Source: a candidate division WOR-3 bacterium (GTDB lineage Bacteria > Hydrothermota > Tepidihabitantia > Tepidihabitantales > CAIPLT01). From it: 32,702 nucleotides of DNA. Positions 17,883 through 25,811 of the stretch are shown one piece after another; positions within the stretch are counted from its first letter, which is position 1, and the number at the start of each line of letters is the position of its first letter. The notes below the pieces were generated by a model, which worked only from the letters and a program-made list of their open reading frames with translations, was not told the DNA's origin and did not search any database. Made by a program: the position numbers and the translations under genes. The stretch is taken from assembly GCA_965649215.1 (NCBI GenBank), contig CBFGJZ010000018.1, positions 1 to 32,702 of the forward strand, in the 5' to 3' direction.

Positions 17883-18605
17883 TTATGATTCAAATTTATT
17901 TTCTTTGTCTATTATATGTTTATCAACAATCACCACAATTTTATCTAAAATCTCTTTCTTCAGCCCTCGATTAACCCAATCTGCAATTTTCTTATCTAAA
18001 TTTATAATATTGACCTTTCTCTTATTTGTATTTATCTTTTGTAAATTCTGTTTTCTATAAAAACTGTAATATTGTCTTGCAAATGCTTTGTAAAATTGAT
18101 TATAAACTGGTGGTTCGCCCGAGTTACCAAGTAACAAAGTAACTTCTCTTTCAATATCTTCAATGTTGGCTCGGTATTTGCCGAATTCTGCTGACATCTT
18201 TTCTTTCTGTTCTTGTCTTATCGGCTTTATGTTTTGTTTCTTAGAAAACTTAGTATCAATACTGTGAGCATATTTTGCTACATCTCGGTTGACTTTCTTA
18301 AATAATTTACTGGTTGGCACCTGCGCCATAACTTTTTCATGTTGTTTAGTAAAATAAATTCCTGATAATTTTTCAAAGAATGCGGACCAGGATTGTTCAC
18401 AAACTGTGAGATAGTTAAGAACTAAGTCTAATGATAATTTCTTAAATTTTCCTTTTTCTAAATGTGATATTGATATTTTTCCTGATTTTGCAGAAAGACC
18501 AATTCTATTAGCAAGTTCAGATTGAGATAAATGCGACTTTCTACGATAACTTGTTAATAATGCACCAATTTCTTTTGCGAGCAATTGAGTAATTTTTGTC
18601 ATCAA
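17883..18605 (-). CDS. XRE/Cro HTH protein with a C-terminal domain resembling the SIRV2-type (Adnaviria) capsid fold
   Basis: N-terminal RRKSHLSQSELANRIG...ISHLEKG HTH; basic C-terminal half with F-x13-V-x3-L-x3-G-x8-YxxF...W..RGL...ILD.IV pattern. Likely start is ATG 18602 (SD GAGGA 6 nt upstream). HTH call is strong; the capsid-fold call is an inference. Confidence 0.75.
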   Translation of the reverse strand: MMTKITQLLAKEIGALLTSYRRKSHLSQSELANRIGLSAKSGKISISHLEKGKFKKLSLDLVLNYLTVCEQSWSAFFEKLSGIYFTKQHEKVMAQVPTSKLFKKVNRDVAKYAHSIDTKFSKKQNIKPIRQEQKEKMSAEFGKYRANIEDIEREVTLLLGNSGEPPVYNQFYKAFARQYYSFYRKQNLQKINTNKRKVNIINLDKKIADWVNRGLKKEILDKIVVIVDKHIIDKENKFES

Positions 18606-18614
18606 CGTTCCTCA

Positions 18615-18688
18615 TGTCATGCTGAACTCGATTCAGCATCGCGCTTTCCATTAACTCTTATAGACCCTGAATTAAATTTAGGGTGACA
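18615..18688. repeat. REP-like inverted doublet (YGTC-tagged palindromic repeat pair)
   Basis: TGTCATGCTGAACTCGATTCAGCATC (18615-18640) and an inverted related copy AGACCCTGAATTAAATTTAGGGTGACA (18662-18688). Each forms its own hairpin; termini are TGTCA...TGACA. Confidence 0.75.
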
Positions 18689-19074
18689 ATTTGCGTAAAT
18701 GTAACTGCTAACATGATAATAATTTATACTACTAATATAACAAAAAATCAAGCAAAATTTATCTCTAACCCTTCAATAACCAATAACTAACAACCAAAAA
18801 CTATTAAAGGTAGGGTACAATTATCCCTATGGGGCAGTTGGTCAGTTATGCAGTCATTTTTCATCTTAACTTGCTAATCTATTTTCCTACCTATTTTTCG
18901 TTCTCTTAAAACCTCTTTTTTAGTATCTCGATTGAAGCGGTAAACTGAAGCAATTTTGTGGTTTTTCTTCCAAGTACTCTTATCGTCATTCAAGAAGATA
19001 TTCTTTAAATCATTCACAAAATCAATCTTGTAATCAGTCACGACTTCACTATATTTGGATAAAAATAAAGTTTA

Positions 19075-19108
19075 TTTTGACTACAATTGTAGTCTGTTTT
19101 GACTACAA
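19075..19108. promoter_or_regulatory. Operator-like array of GACTACAA half-sites
   Basis: Perfect 16-bp palindrome GACTACAATTGTAGTC (19079-19094) and a third half-site at 19101-19108; TTTTGACTACAA is directly repeated at a 22-bp period. Confidence 0.55.
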
Positions 19109-19204
19109 GCCATTTGAGTTAAAACATCTTTTACTAAATTCTTATCTCATAAGCCAAAAATAAAAATAGGTTATAGTGATGGATAGTTGAAATAGAAGTT
19201 ACAT

Positions 19205-20317
19205 CTATATTTTCATCTCATACATTCGATATTTTTTATAGATACGACCACCGATTTCCATATCAAATTTATTGATTAAATCGTTATCTTCAAGATTCCA
19301 ACCCAATTCACACCATTTATAACCACGTTTGATAGCATTTACGACTGTTTCATAGAAAAGAAGCGTAATAATCCCACTTTGTCGAAATTCTCGTTTGACC
19401 CCACCAATCATTGCTCTTACCCCATCAATTTTTCTACGGTAGTAGAGAAATTTTAATATTCCGATCAAACCTAATTTGCCGTTCAACTTTTTTAATACTT
19501 GATTGATATCCGGCACAGTCACTGTAATACCAACCGGTTTACCATCAATTTCTGCAAAAACTACTAATTCGGGGTCGACAAATTGTTTGATTTTCTTAGC
19601 AGTCAAATCAATCTCTTTATCAGTCATCGGAACAAAACCCCAATTTTTTTCCCAAGCTGAATTATAAACATCTTTAATATATTGAAGATCCCGTTTAAAA
19701 TTTTTCATATCTAAAGTTCGAATGACCGCACGGGTCTTTTTACGAACGACTTCCGCCATACGCTGAATTCGTTCAGGAATCCCGTCTTTTGCTTCTTTAA
19801 GTAATGCGTACATATCTTTAGCTTTGATAAAACCATATTGTTCGGCTAAGGATAAATAATAAGGTGGTGTGTAAGGCATCATTACGGTTGGTGGTTTATC
19901 AAAACCTTCTAACAAAAAAGCACATTCGTCATTCTGACTTGGATTTACCGGCCCACGCATTACCTCCATATTTTTATTTAGTAACCATTCCTTTACTCTA
20001 TCCCATAAGATTTTAGCAATTTCAAAATCATCGATGCATTCAAAAAAACCAAAAAATCCAACTTTATCATTATGAAAACTATTATGATTATGATCTACGA
20101 TTGCGGCAACACGTCCAACGCATTGATTATTTTTACGTACAATAAATAATTCTCGTTCGGCATGTTCCCAAAAGGGATTTTTCTTGACATCTAAAATCTC
20201 TTTTACTTCCTGCTTAAGTGGCGGAATCCAATATTGATTACCTTTGTAAATTAACCATGGTAAATTAATAAAATCATTTAGATCTCGTTTGCTTTTTACA
20301 ACATCAATTTCTAACAT
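19205..20317 (-). CDS. GNAT-fold acyltransferase, YghO/bacterial ceramide synthase-like
   Basis: WIPPL, GRVAAI, GFFGFFEC, MRGPVNP..NDEC.FL..GFD.PP..MMPY.P.YY, W.KNWGFVPM, ELGW.LEDN family motifs. Confidence 0.7.
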   Translation of the reverse strand: MLEIDVVKSKRDLNDFINLPWLIYKGNQYWIPPLKQEVKEILDVKKNPFWEHAERELFIVRKNNQCVGRVAAIVDHNHNSFHNDKVGFFGFFECIDDFEIAKILWDRVKEWLLNKNMEVMRGPVNPSQNDECAFLLEGFDKPPTVMMPYTPPYYLSLAEQYGFIKAKDMYALLKEAKDGIPERIQRMAEVVRKKTRAVIRTLDMKNFKRDLQYIKDVYNSAWEKNWGFVPMTDKEIDLTAKKIKQFVDPELVVFAEIDGKPVGITVTVPDINQVLKKLNGKLGLIGILKFLYYRRKIDGVRAMIGGVKREFRQSGIITLLFYETVVNAIKRGYKWCELGWNLEDNDLINKFDMEIGGRIYKKYRMYEMKI

Positions 20318-20349
20318 GGTTGTTACTCCTTTTTACATCTTTATTGGTC

Positions 20350-20378
20350 AGTTTAATATTATTGTTTTTGATTGTCAA
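20350..20378 (-). promoter_or_regulatory. Sigma70 promoter for 19205..20317
   Basis: Minus strand TTGACA-17 nt-TAAACT followed by SD AAGGAG. Confidence 0.6.
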
Positions 20379-20409
20379 TATCTTATCTGAATACTTAATA
20401 ATGTTGTTG

Positions 20410-21645
20410 TTAAGTGTTTATATCGTGATGATGGTGGTCATAGTCAGTACCAGGACCCGCATCCTGTCTTTTACCGGTTTTTAGAAAATGAGCATATAGT
20501 GGAGAAAGATCTCTTAGTTTAGTTACAATTGGTGGTAAAACTTCAAGCAAATAATTAATATCATCACTTGTATTAAATTTTGATAAAGTCATTGTAATTG
20601 AACCTTGTCCAATCGCCGCATCAACACCAATAGCAGATAAGACATGTGACATTTTTAATTGCTTTGAAGTACAAGCAGAACCACTACTAACATAAATTCC
20701 TTTTTCATCTAATAATAATAGAATTCCTTCTCCTTCAATAAATTCAATGGAAAAATTTATATTGTTAGGTAATCGTTGGGTGGGATGACCATTTAAGTAA
20801 ATATATTCTATTAGTTTGGGTAGTTCCTTCATGATACGATCTCGTAATTTAATTATCTTGTTATTATTTTCAATCATTTCTTTTTTAGCTATTTCTGCCG
20901 CTTTACCCATACCAACAATTGCAGGCACATTTTCTAAACCAGCACGACGATTAAATTCTTGGATACCACCGTCAATTTGGGGAACGATTTTAACACCTTT
21001 TCTAATATAAAGAGCAGCTGCACCTTTCGGACCATAAAATTGAGAACCAGCCAAACTTAATAAATCAACGTCTAACTCTTTTACATCAACTGGAATTATA
21101 CCAACAGTGGCAATGGCATCGGTATGAAAAAGAATTTTATTTTCGTGTGCAATTTTAACTAATTCAGTTAAGTTTTGAATTGTACCAATTTCGGGATTAG
21201 CATGTTGGATAGAAATTAAGATGGTATCGTTACGGATTATGTTTTTTAAATCGGTTGGTGATACAACACCGTATTTATCAACGGGCAAATAACTAATCTC
21301 AAAACCATCTTTTTGTAATCTTTTTACTGCATTAAGTATTGAGATATGTTCAATAGCACTAATGATAATATGTTTCCCTTTTGTTTGATAAGCTTGAGCA
21401 ATACCTTTAATTGCAAGATTATTGGCTTCTGAACCGCATGATGTAAAAATTATTTCTTCGCTTTGAGCATTTATTAGTTGAGCTAATTGATTTCTAGCAT
21501 TTTCAATTGCTTGGTAGGATTTATATCCAAATGAATGAAGACTTTGGGGATTGCCATAAAAATCTTTAAGAAAAGGTAGCATAGCTTCATATACTCGAGC
21601 ATCTAGTTTCGTGCTCGAATGATTGTCTAAATAGACTTGCTGCAT
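20410..21645 (-). CDS. iscS: IscS/NifS-family cysteine desulfurase homolog lacking the PLP Schiff-base lysine
   Basis: YGNP.S.H, FTSCGSEANN, EH, SSGSACTS (catalytic Cys present), but SLAGSQFYGPKG replaces the canonical SxHKxYGPKG; His-rich tail. Confidence 0.85.
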   Translation of the reverse strand: MQQVYLDNHSSTKLDARVYEAMLPFLKDFYGNPQSLHSFGYKSYQAIENARNQLAQLINAQSEEIIFTSCGSEANNLAIKGIAQAYQTKGKHIIISAIEHISILNAVKRLQKDGFEISYLPVDKYGVVSPTDLKNIIRNDTILISIQHANPEIGTIQNLTELVKIAHENKILFHTDAIATVGIIPVDVKELDVDLLSLAGSQFYGPKGAAALYIRKGVKIVPQIDGGIQEFNRRAGLENVPAIVGMGKAAEIAKKEMIENNNKIIKLRDRIMKELPKLIEYIYLNGHPTQRLPNNINFSIEFIEGEGILLLLDEKGIYVSSGSACTSKQLKMSHVLSAIGVDAAIGQGSITMTLSKFNTSDDINYLLEVLPPIVTKLRDLSPLYAHFLKTGKRQDAGPGTDYDHHHHDINT

Positions 21646-21718
21646 CTATTTTTACTCACCTTTTATTGTAATTATAGGATTTCAATATTTTTTGTATTTT
21701 GTTTAACCTTCATTGCTA

Positions 21719-22900
21719 TTATAAAAGATTTAGTTTCTTGTGTTTTTCAAGGATCTTATCAGCAAGTATCTCTAATTTCTCAAAATCTGTTTGTTTGGGA
21801 TAACCTTTAGCAATGACAGGTTCTAAAAGTTCTACTTTGAGATTTGGTATCATCTCAATAATCTTTTCGCTCAATTTGCTTGCCCATCCATAAGAACCAA
21901 TAATTGATGCGAATTTTGTCTTGGGTCGTAATGCATTTGCTAAATAAGCAGCATAAACTGCTTGCGGATGTGGTCCGGTTAAAACCGTTGAAGTCCCGAT
22001 CACAATTGTGGCAGCATCTACCAATGCCATTGCTAATTCGCCAATATCAGTTCGGCTCAGATTAAATGGTAGCACAGTAATATTTCGTTTGATTAAAGCA
22101 TTAATAAAATAATCAATCATTGTTTGAACACTACCATGCATAGAAACATAAGGCAAAACGACTTCATTCTTGACATTATCTGATGTCCAGTCTTGATAAG
22201 CATTAATAATAAATTCGGGTTTATTATGGAGTGGGCCATGACTGGGTGCAATAATTTCTATCTGGTAATTCTTGATTCTTTCTAAATGGGTCTTGATATT
22301 CGTGCGAAATGGCATCATAATTTCGGCATAATATCGTTTTGCTGATTCATAATAACGTCTTTCATCACTGACAAATAAATCACTGGTTGCAAAATGTGAA
22401 CCTAAAAAATCGCAAGTAAAAAGAATCTTATCTTCTTTGAGATAAGTAAGGAAAGTTTCGGGCCAATGGACCCATGGTGCCATTATAAACTCAAGTGTCT
22501 TATCACCTAATGATAAAGTATCGTTGTCTTGAATAACAATAAATCGGTCATCGGGAATTAATAATAATTCTTTAAGTAAATCTTTGCATTTGGCATTAGT
22601 GACGACTTTTGCTTCAACAAAATGTTTGAGAATGGTCGGTATAACACCAGAATGGTCCTGTTCTCCATGATGGGCAATCACATAATCAATGGAGGAAATA
22701 CCAAGTTCTTTAAGATTATTTATTAATTCTTGTTCTTTAGTTGGGTCAACCGTATCAATCAAAACAGTCTTTTCTGAGCCTTTAATGACATAAGCATTAT
22801 AACTCGTACCATAGGGTAACGGAATCAACTCATCAAATAAACGACGATCAAAGTCAATGGCTCCAACAAAATAGATATTTGGTTTAATAACTCTATTCAT
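21719..22900 (-). CDS. fprA: Flavodiiron protein (class A FprA, O2/NO reductase)
   Basis: GTSYNAY, HxExDH (HGEQDH), HWPET, D..G.H, PSHG, and a C-terminal flavodoxin domain with GSYGW. Confidence 0.95.
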   Translation of the reverse strand: MNRVIKPNIYFVGAIDFDRRLFDELIPLPYGTSYNAYVIKGSEKTVLIDTVDPTKEQELINNLKELGISSIDYVIAHHGEQDHSGVIPTILKHFVEAKVVTNAKCKDLLKELLLIPDDRFIVIQDNDTLSLGDKTLEFIMAPWVHWPETFLTYLKEDKILFTCDFLGSHFATSDLFVSDERRYYESAKRYYAEIMMPFRTNIKTHLERIKNYQIEIIAPSHGPLHNKPEFIINAYQDWTSDNVKNEVVLPYVSMHGSVQTMIDYFINALIKRNITVLPFNLSRTDIGELAMALVDAATIVIGTSTVLTGPHPQAVYAAYLANALRPKTKFASIIGSYGWASKLSEKIIEMIPNLKVELLEPVIAKGYPKQTDFEKLEILADKILEKHKKLNLL

Positions 22901-22906
22901 ATTTAT

Positions 22907-24217
22907 TTATCTTTTTAAAATTTCAGCTAAATCTTTTTCTGGTTCTGAAATTAAGCGTAAATCGAACTTATCAACTAATATTTTAAGAATATCTTCGTTT
23001 ACCCAAGCTGGAAGAATTGGTCCGACATACATTTTCTTAATCCCTAACGATAATAAGCTCCAGAGAATCGCAACTGCTTTCTGTTCCATCCAAGTTAATA
23101 CTAAAGTTAATGGCAGATCATTAATTGGCATACGAAAAGCATCAGACAAGGCTTGAGCAATTTCAATCGCCACAATTGTATCATTACATTGACCGATATC
23201 AATTAATCTTGGGATGCCTTCAATCTCACCTAACTCTAAATCATTAATCCGATATTTACCACAAGCCAGGGTAAGCACAATCGTATCTTTAGGTAGGATT
23301 TCAACAAATTTCCGATAATATTCTCCCCTCTTACCGGGTGTATCGCAACCACCCACAACAAAGAAATGTTTTATTTTGCCACTCATCACTAAACTGGCAA
23401 TTTTCGGAGCTAAGGACATTATGACTGATTTAGAAAAACCCGTCGTCAAGATAACATCTCCTGCTTTTTCTTCTAAATCAGGCAGTGATTTGGCTTTGTC
23501 AATTAAAGGTGAAAAATCAAATCCTTGAATATGCTTAATTCCGCTGAGACCAGTAACTCCCATGGTGAAGATACGGTCTTTGTATTCATCGGTTGGAATT
23601 AAGACACAGTTTGATGTTGCCAAAATTGCACCTTTGAATTCAGCAAATAATTTTTTCTGATCATACCAGGCTTTTCCCAAATTACCGACTAAGTGTTGAT
23701 ACTTCTTTAATTCGGGATAGCCATGCGCTGGGAGCATTTCTGAATGGGTATAGACGTTAATACCTGTTCCTTCGGTTTGTTGTAAAAGTTCAGCTAATGC
23801 TTTAAGGCTATGACCCGTAACTAAAATTCCTTTGCCTTTTTTAGTGCCGGTTTGTACTTTTGTTGGTACTGGTTCGCCAAAACTTTTTATATGAATCTGT
23901 TTTAAAAGCGACATTGCTTTAATATTCATCTGGCCCGCTTTGAGTCCGAGTTCAAGGAATCGATTTGCATCAAAATTAACATTAGTGAGAGTTGAGAAGA
24001 AACCACTTTCTAAAAATGCGTCAATCTCAGAATCTGAGACACCTAATTCGCGAGCGTGATAGAGATAGGCACAGATGCCTTTGATTGCATATAATAGATT
24101 ATCTTGCAATCGAGCAATCGTTGGTTCTTTGCCACAAACGCCACGGATTGTACAACCACTTCCCTTTGCAGTTTGGGAACATTGATAGCAAAACATCTTT
24201 AATGCTTCATCTGCCAT
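22907..24217 (-). CDS. hcp: Hybrid cluster protein (hydroxylamine/NO reductase), short class III type
   Basis: MFCYQCSQT....C....[41 protein letters not shown]; 436 aa. Confidence 0.95.
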   Translation of the reverse strand: MADEALKMFCYQCSQTAKGSGCTIRGVCGKEPTIARLQDNLLYAIKGICAYLYHARELGVSDSEIDAFLESGFFSTLTNVNFDANRFLELGLKAGQMNIKAMSLLKQIHIKSFGEPVPTKVQTGTKKGKGILVTGHSLKALAELLQQTEGTGINVYTHSEMLPAHGYPELKKYQHLVGNLGKAWYDQKKLFAEFKGAILATSNCVLIPTDEYKDRIFTMGVTGLSGIKHIQGFDFSPLIDKAKSLPDLEEKAGDVILTTGFSKSVIMSLAPKIASLVMSGKIKHFFVVGGCDTPGKRGEYYRKFVEILPKDTIVLTLACGKYRINDLELGEIEGIPRLIDIGQCNDTIVAIEIAQALSDAFRMPINDLPLTLVLTWMEQKAVAILWSLLSLGIKKMYVGPILPAWVNEDILKILVDKFDLRLISEPEKDLAEILKR

Positions 24218-24247
24218 ATCAACTCCTTAATATTTTAATTAATTTTT

Positions 24248-24952
24248 CTAAACTTTCTTAAATTGTGATTTATCGGCACCGCAGACAGGACAAACCCAAT
24301 CATCAGGTAATGATTCAAATGGTGTTCCTGGTTTAATACCCGAGTCTGGGTCTCCTTGTGCAGGGTCATAAATATAATCACAAACTGTGCAACGATATTT
24401 TTCCATTTTTATCTCCTCTTTTTGTTTTTTTATTTCACCAACTTTTTCGGATGCAATATAAGTTGGTGCGGTTTTTGGCGATTTACCTTTTTTAATTAAA
24501 TGATAATAAGCATAAGTCATTGGTGAGTTATCACTGAGTAATTGCGCATCAATAATTTTACCGATGAACATGGTATGGGTACCACAATCAAGATTATTTA
24601 CCAATTCGCATTCTAAATATCCTAAAGTGAAATCAAGCACAATTGGCGCTTTGGTAATACCGATTTTATAATTGGTATCTTTAAATTTATCAATATTACG
24701 ACCCGACTTAAACCCAAATTTTCCAATAAAAGGCATATCTGCTTGTTCAGTTAAAATTGAGACCGTAAACACTTTACTTGCTGAAATGTATTCATGAGTC
24801 AGATTCTGTTTATTGATACAAACTGCAATCTGAGGTGGTTCGGCGGTAACTTGCATTACGGTATTCGCAATTTGGCCGTTTAATTTGTTATCTTTAATAG
24901 AACTAATAATAAACATTCCGTAACTAATTTTATGTAAGGTAGTTAAGTCCAT
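24248..24952 (-). CDS. hrb: High-molecular-weight rubredoxin (flavin reductase-rubredoxin fusion)
   Basis: ISYG...NGQIANTV.Q...FGFKSGR...GTHT flavin-reductase domain plus C-terminal CTVC...WVCPVC rubredoxin. Confidence 0.9.
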   Translation of the reverse strand: MDLTTLHKISYGMFIISSIKDNKLNGQIANTVMQVTAEPPQIAVCINKQNLTHEYISASKVFTVSILTEQADMPFIGKFGFKSGRNIDKFKDTNYKIGITKAPIVLDFTLGYLECELVNNLDCGTHTMFIGKIIDAQLLSDNSPMTYAYYHLIKKGKSPKTAPTYIASEKVGEIKKQKEEIKMEKYRCTVCDYIYDPAQGDPDSGIKPGTPFESLPDDWVCPVCGADKSQFKKV

Positions 24953-25006
24953 TTATGCTCCATTTCTTTTCTTCACTTTTAGACTTATGACAATACAATT
25001 TGATGC

Positions 25007-25801
25007 TTATTTTATGGTTATTGAAAATTGATGCGTCAAGCCAATTTGACCATAATCGTTTAACGCATAATCAAAAATAAACTGTTTTTGCTCATAGCCA
25101 ATTCCAAAAGCAAGATGTTTATTGTCATAACCAATGCGTAATGCCCAAGGATAGAATTGATATTCAAGACCCGCTCTGATATTAATCTCTTCTTGATAAT
25201 TTATGGCAAGATAAATCTGTAAGTTTTTAATTGCTTTTATTAAAACGCCACTATTAAAAGAAAAATCACTAAAATTATGGACACTCATCCCGATATTATA
25301 TAAGTCTGAATAGTAAATTGTACCAAAATTTAAAAGATATTTAGTTTCGTTAGTATCGGCAATAAATTGTTGGAATCCTTGAATACCAATACCAACTGAT
25401 AATGACTTCCAAAATTGTTTAGTAATATTAAACTGATATTGCCAAAGCCCAGCGGAAAAGTAATCTAATGGATGACCCATTTCATCAAATGCTTGCATCT
25501 GACCATAGGAAAAGTACGATATTCCACCACTGAATACAAAAAGGTTTTTGATTAGATAACTACCTAATAAAGAACCGGCTCGGGTATCTAAAAGCCATTC
25601 GGTTAGACCAAAACTTATTTTATTAGAGTTTGCGACAGCAGGATTATTACTTAAAGCGCTGATCTCACCAAGTGCACTTACTGTGGCATTGCCTAAACTA
25701 CTCGTTTTAGCAAAATAAGATAGATTATGGTTAATAGCATAGGATAAAGCACAACTAGTGATTAATAAAATAAGCACTTTGCTCGTCAATATCTTTTTCA
25801 T
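25007..25801 (-). CDS. PorV/PorQ-like (FadL superfamily) outer-membrane beta-barrel
   Basis: Signal peptide, SLGNA...A...NNPA motif, alternating beta-strands, ending DYA...GLTHQFS. Confidence 0.65.
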   Translation of the reverse strand: MKKILTSKVLILLITSCALSYAINHNLSYFAKTSSLGNATVSALGEISALSNNPAVANSNKISFGLTEWLLDTRAGSLLGSYLIKNLFVFSGGISYFSYGQMQAFDEMGHPLDYFSAGLWQYQFNITKQFWKSLSVGIGIQGFQQFIADTNETKYLLNFGTIYYSDLYNIGMSVHNFSDFSFNSGVLIKAIKNLQIYLAINYQEEINIRAGLEYQFYPWALRIGYDNKHLAFGIGYEQKQFIFDYALNDYGQIGLTHQFSITIK

Positions 25802-25811
25802 TATTTATATT

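Noticed and set aside
18811-18836. TAGGG...CCCTA / CCCTATGGGG, loosely CsoR-operator-like
   Set aside because: Short, imperfect and not upstream of a copper gene.
18874-19041. 55-aa GTG-start ORF on the minus strand (MTDYKIDFVNDLKNIF...RKID)
   Set aside because: No RBS or recognisable motif; it could be a gene remnant but cannot be supported from sequence alone.
19075-19108. Possible mini-CRISPR or iteron array
   Set aside because: Only two 12-bp direct repeats with a 10-bp spacer and no cas or rep genes.
17883-19204. Intact prophage or transposon around the XRE gene
   Set aside because: No integrase, transposase, other viral gene or target-site duplication is visible.
7469-24952. Selenocysteine read-through in the redox genes
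   Set aside because: The redox-active motifs (Grx, FTR, Prx, Dfx, rubredoxins) are complete with Cys, and none is interrupted by an in-frame TGA.
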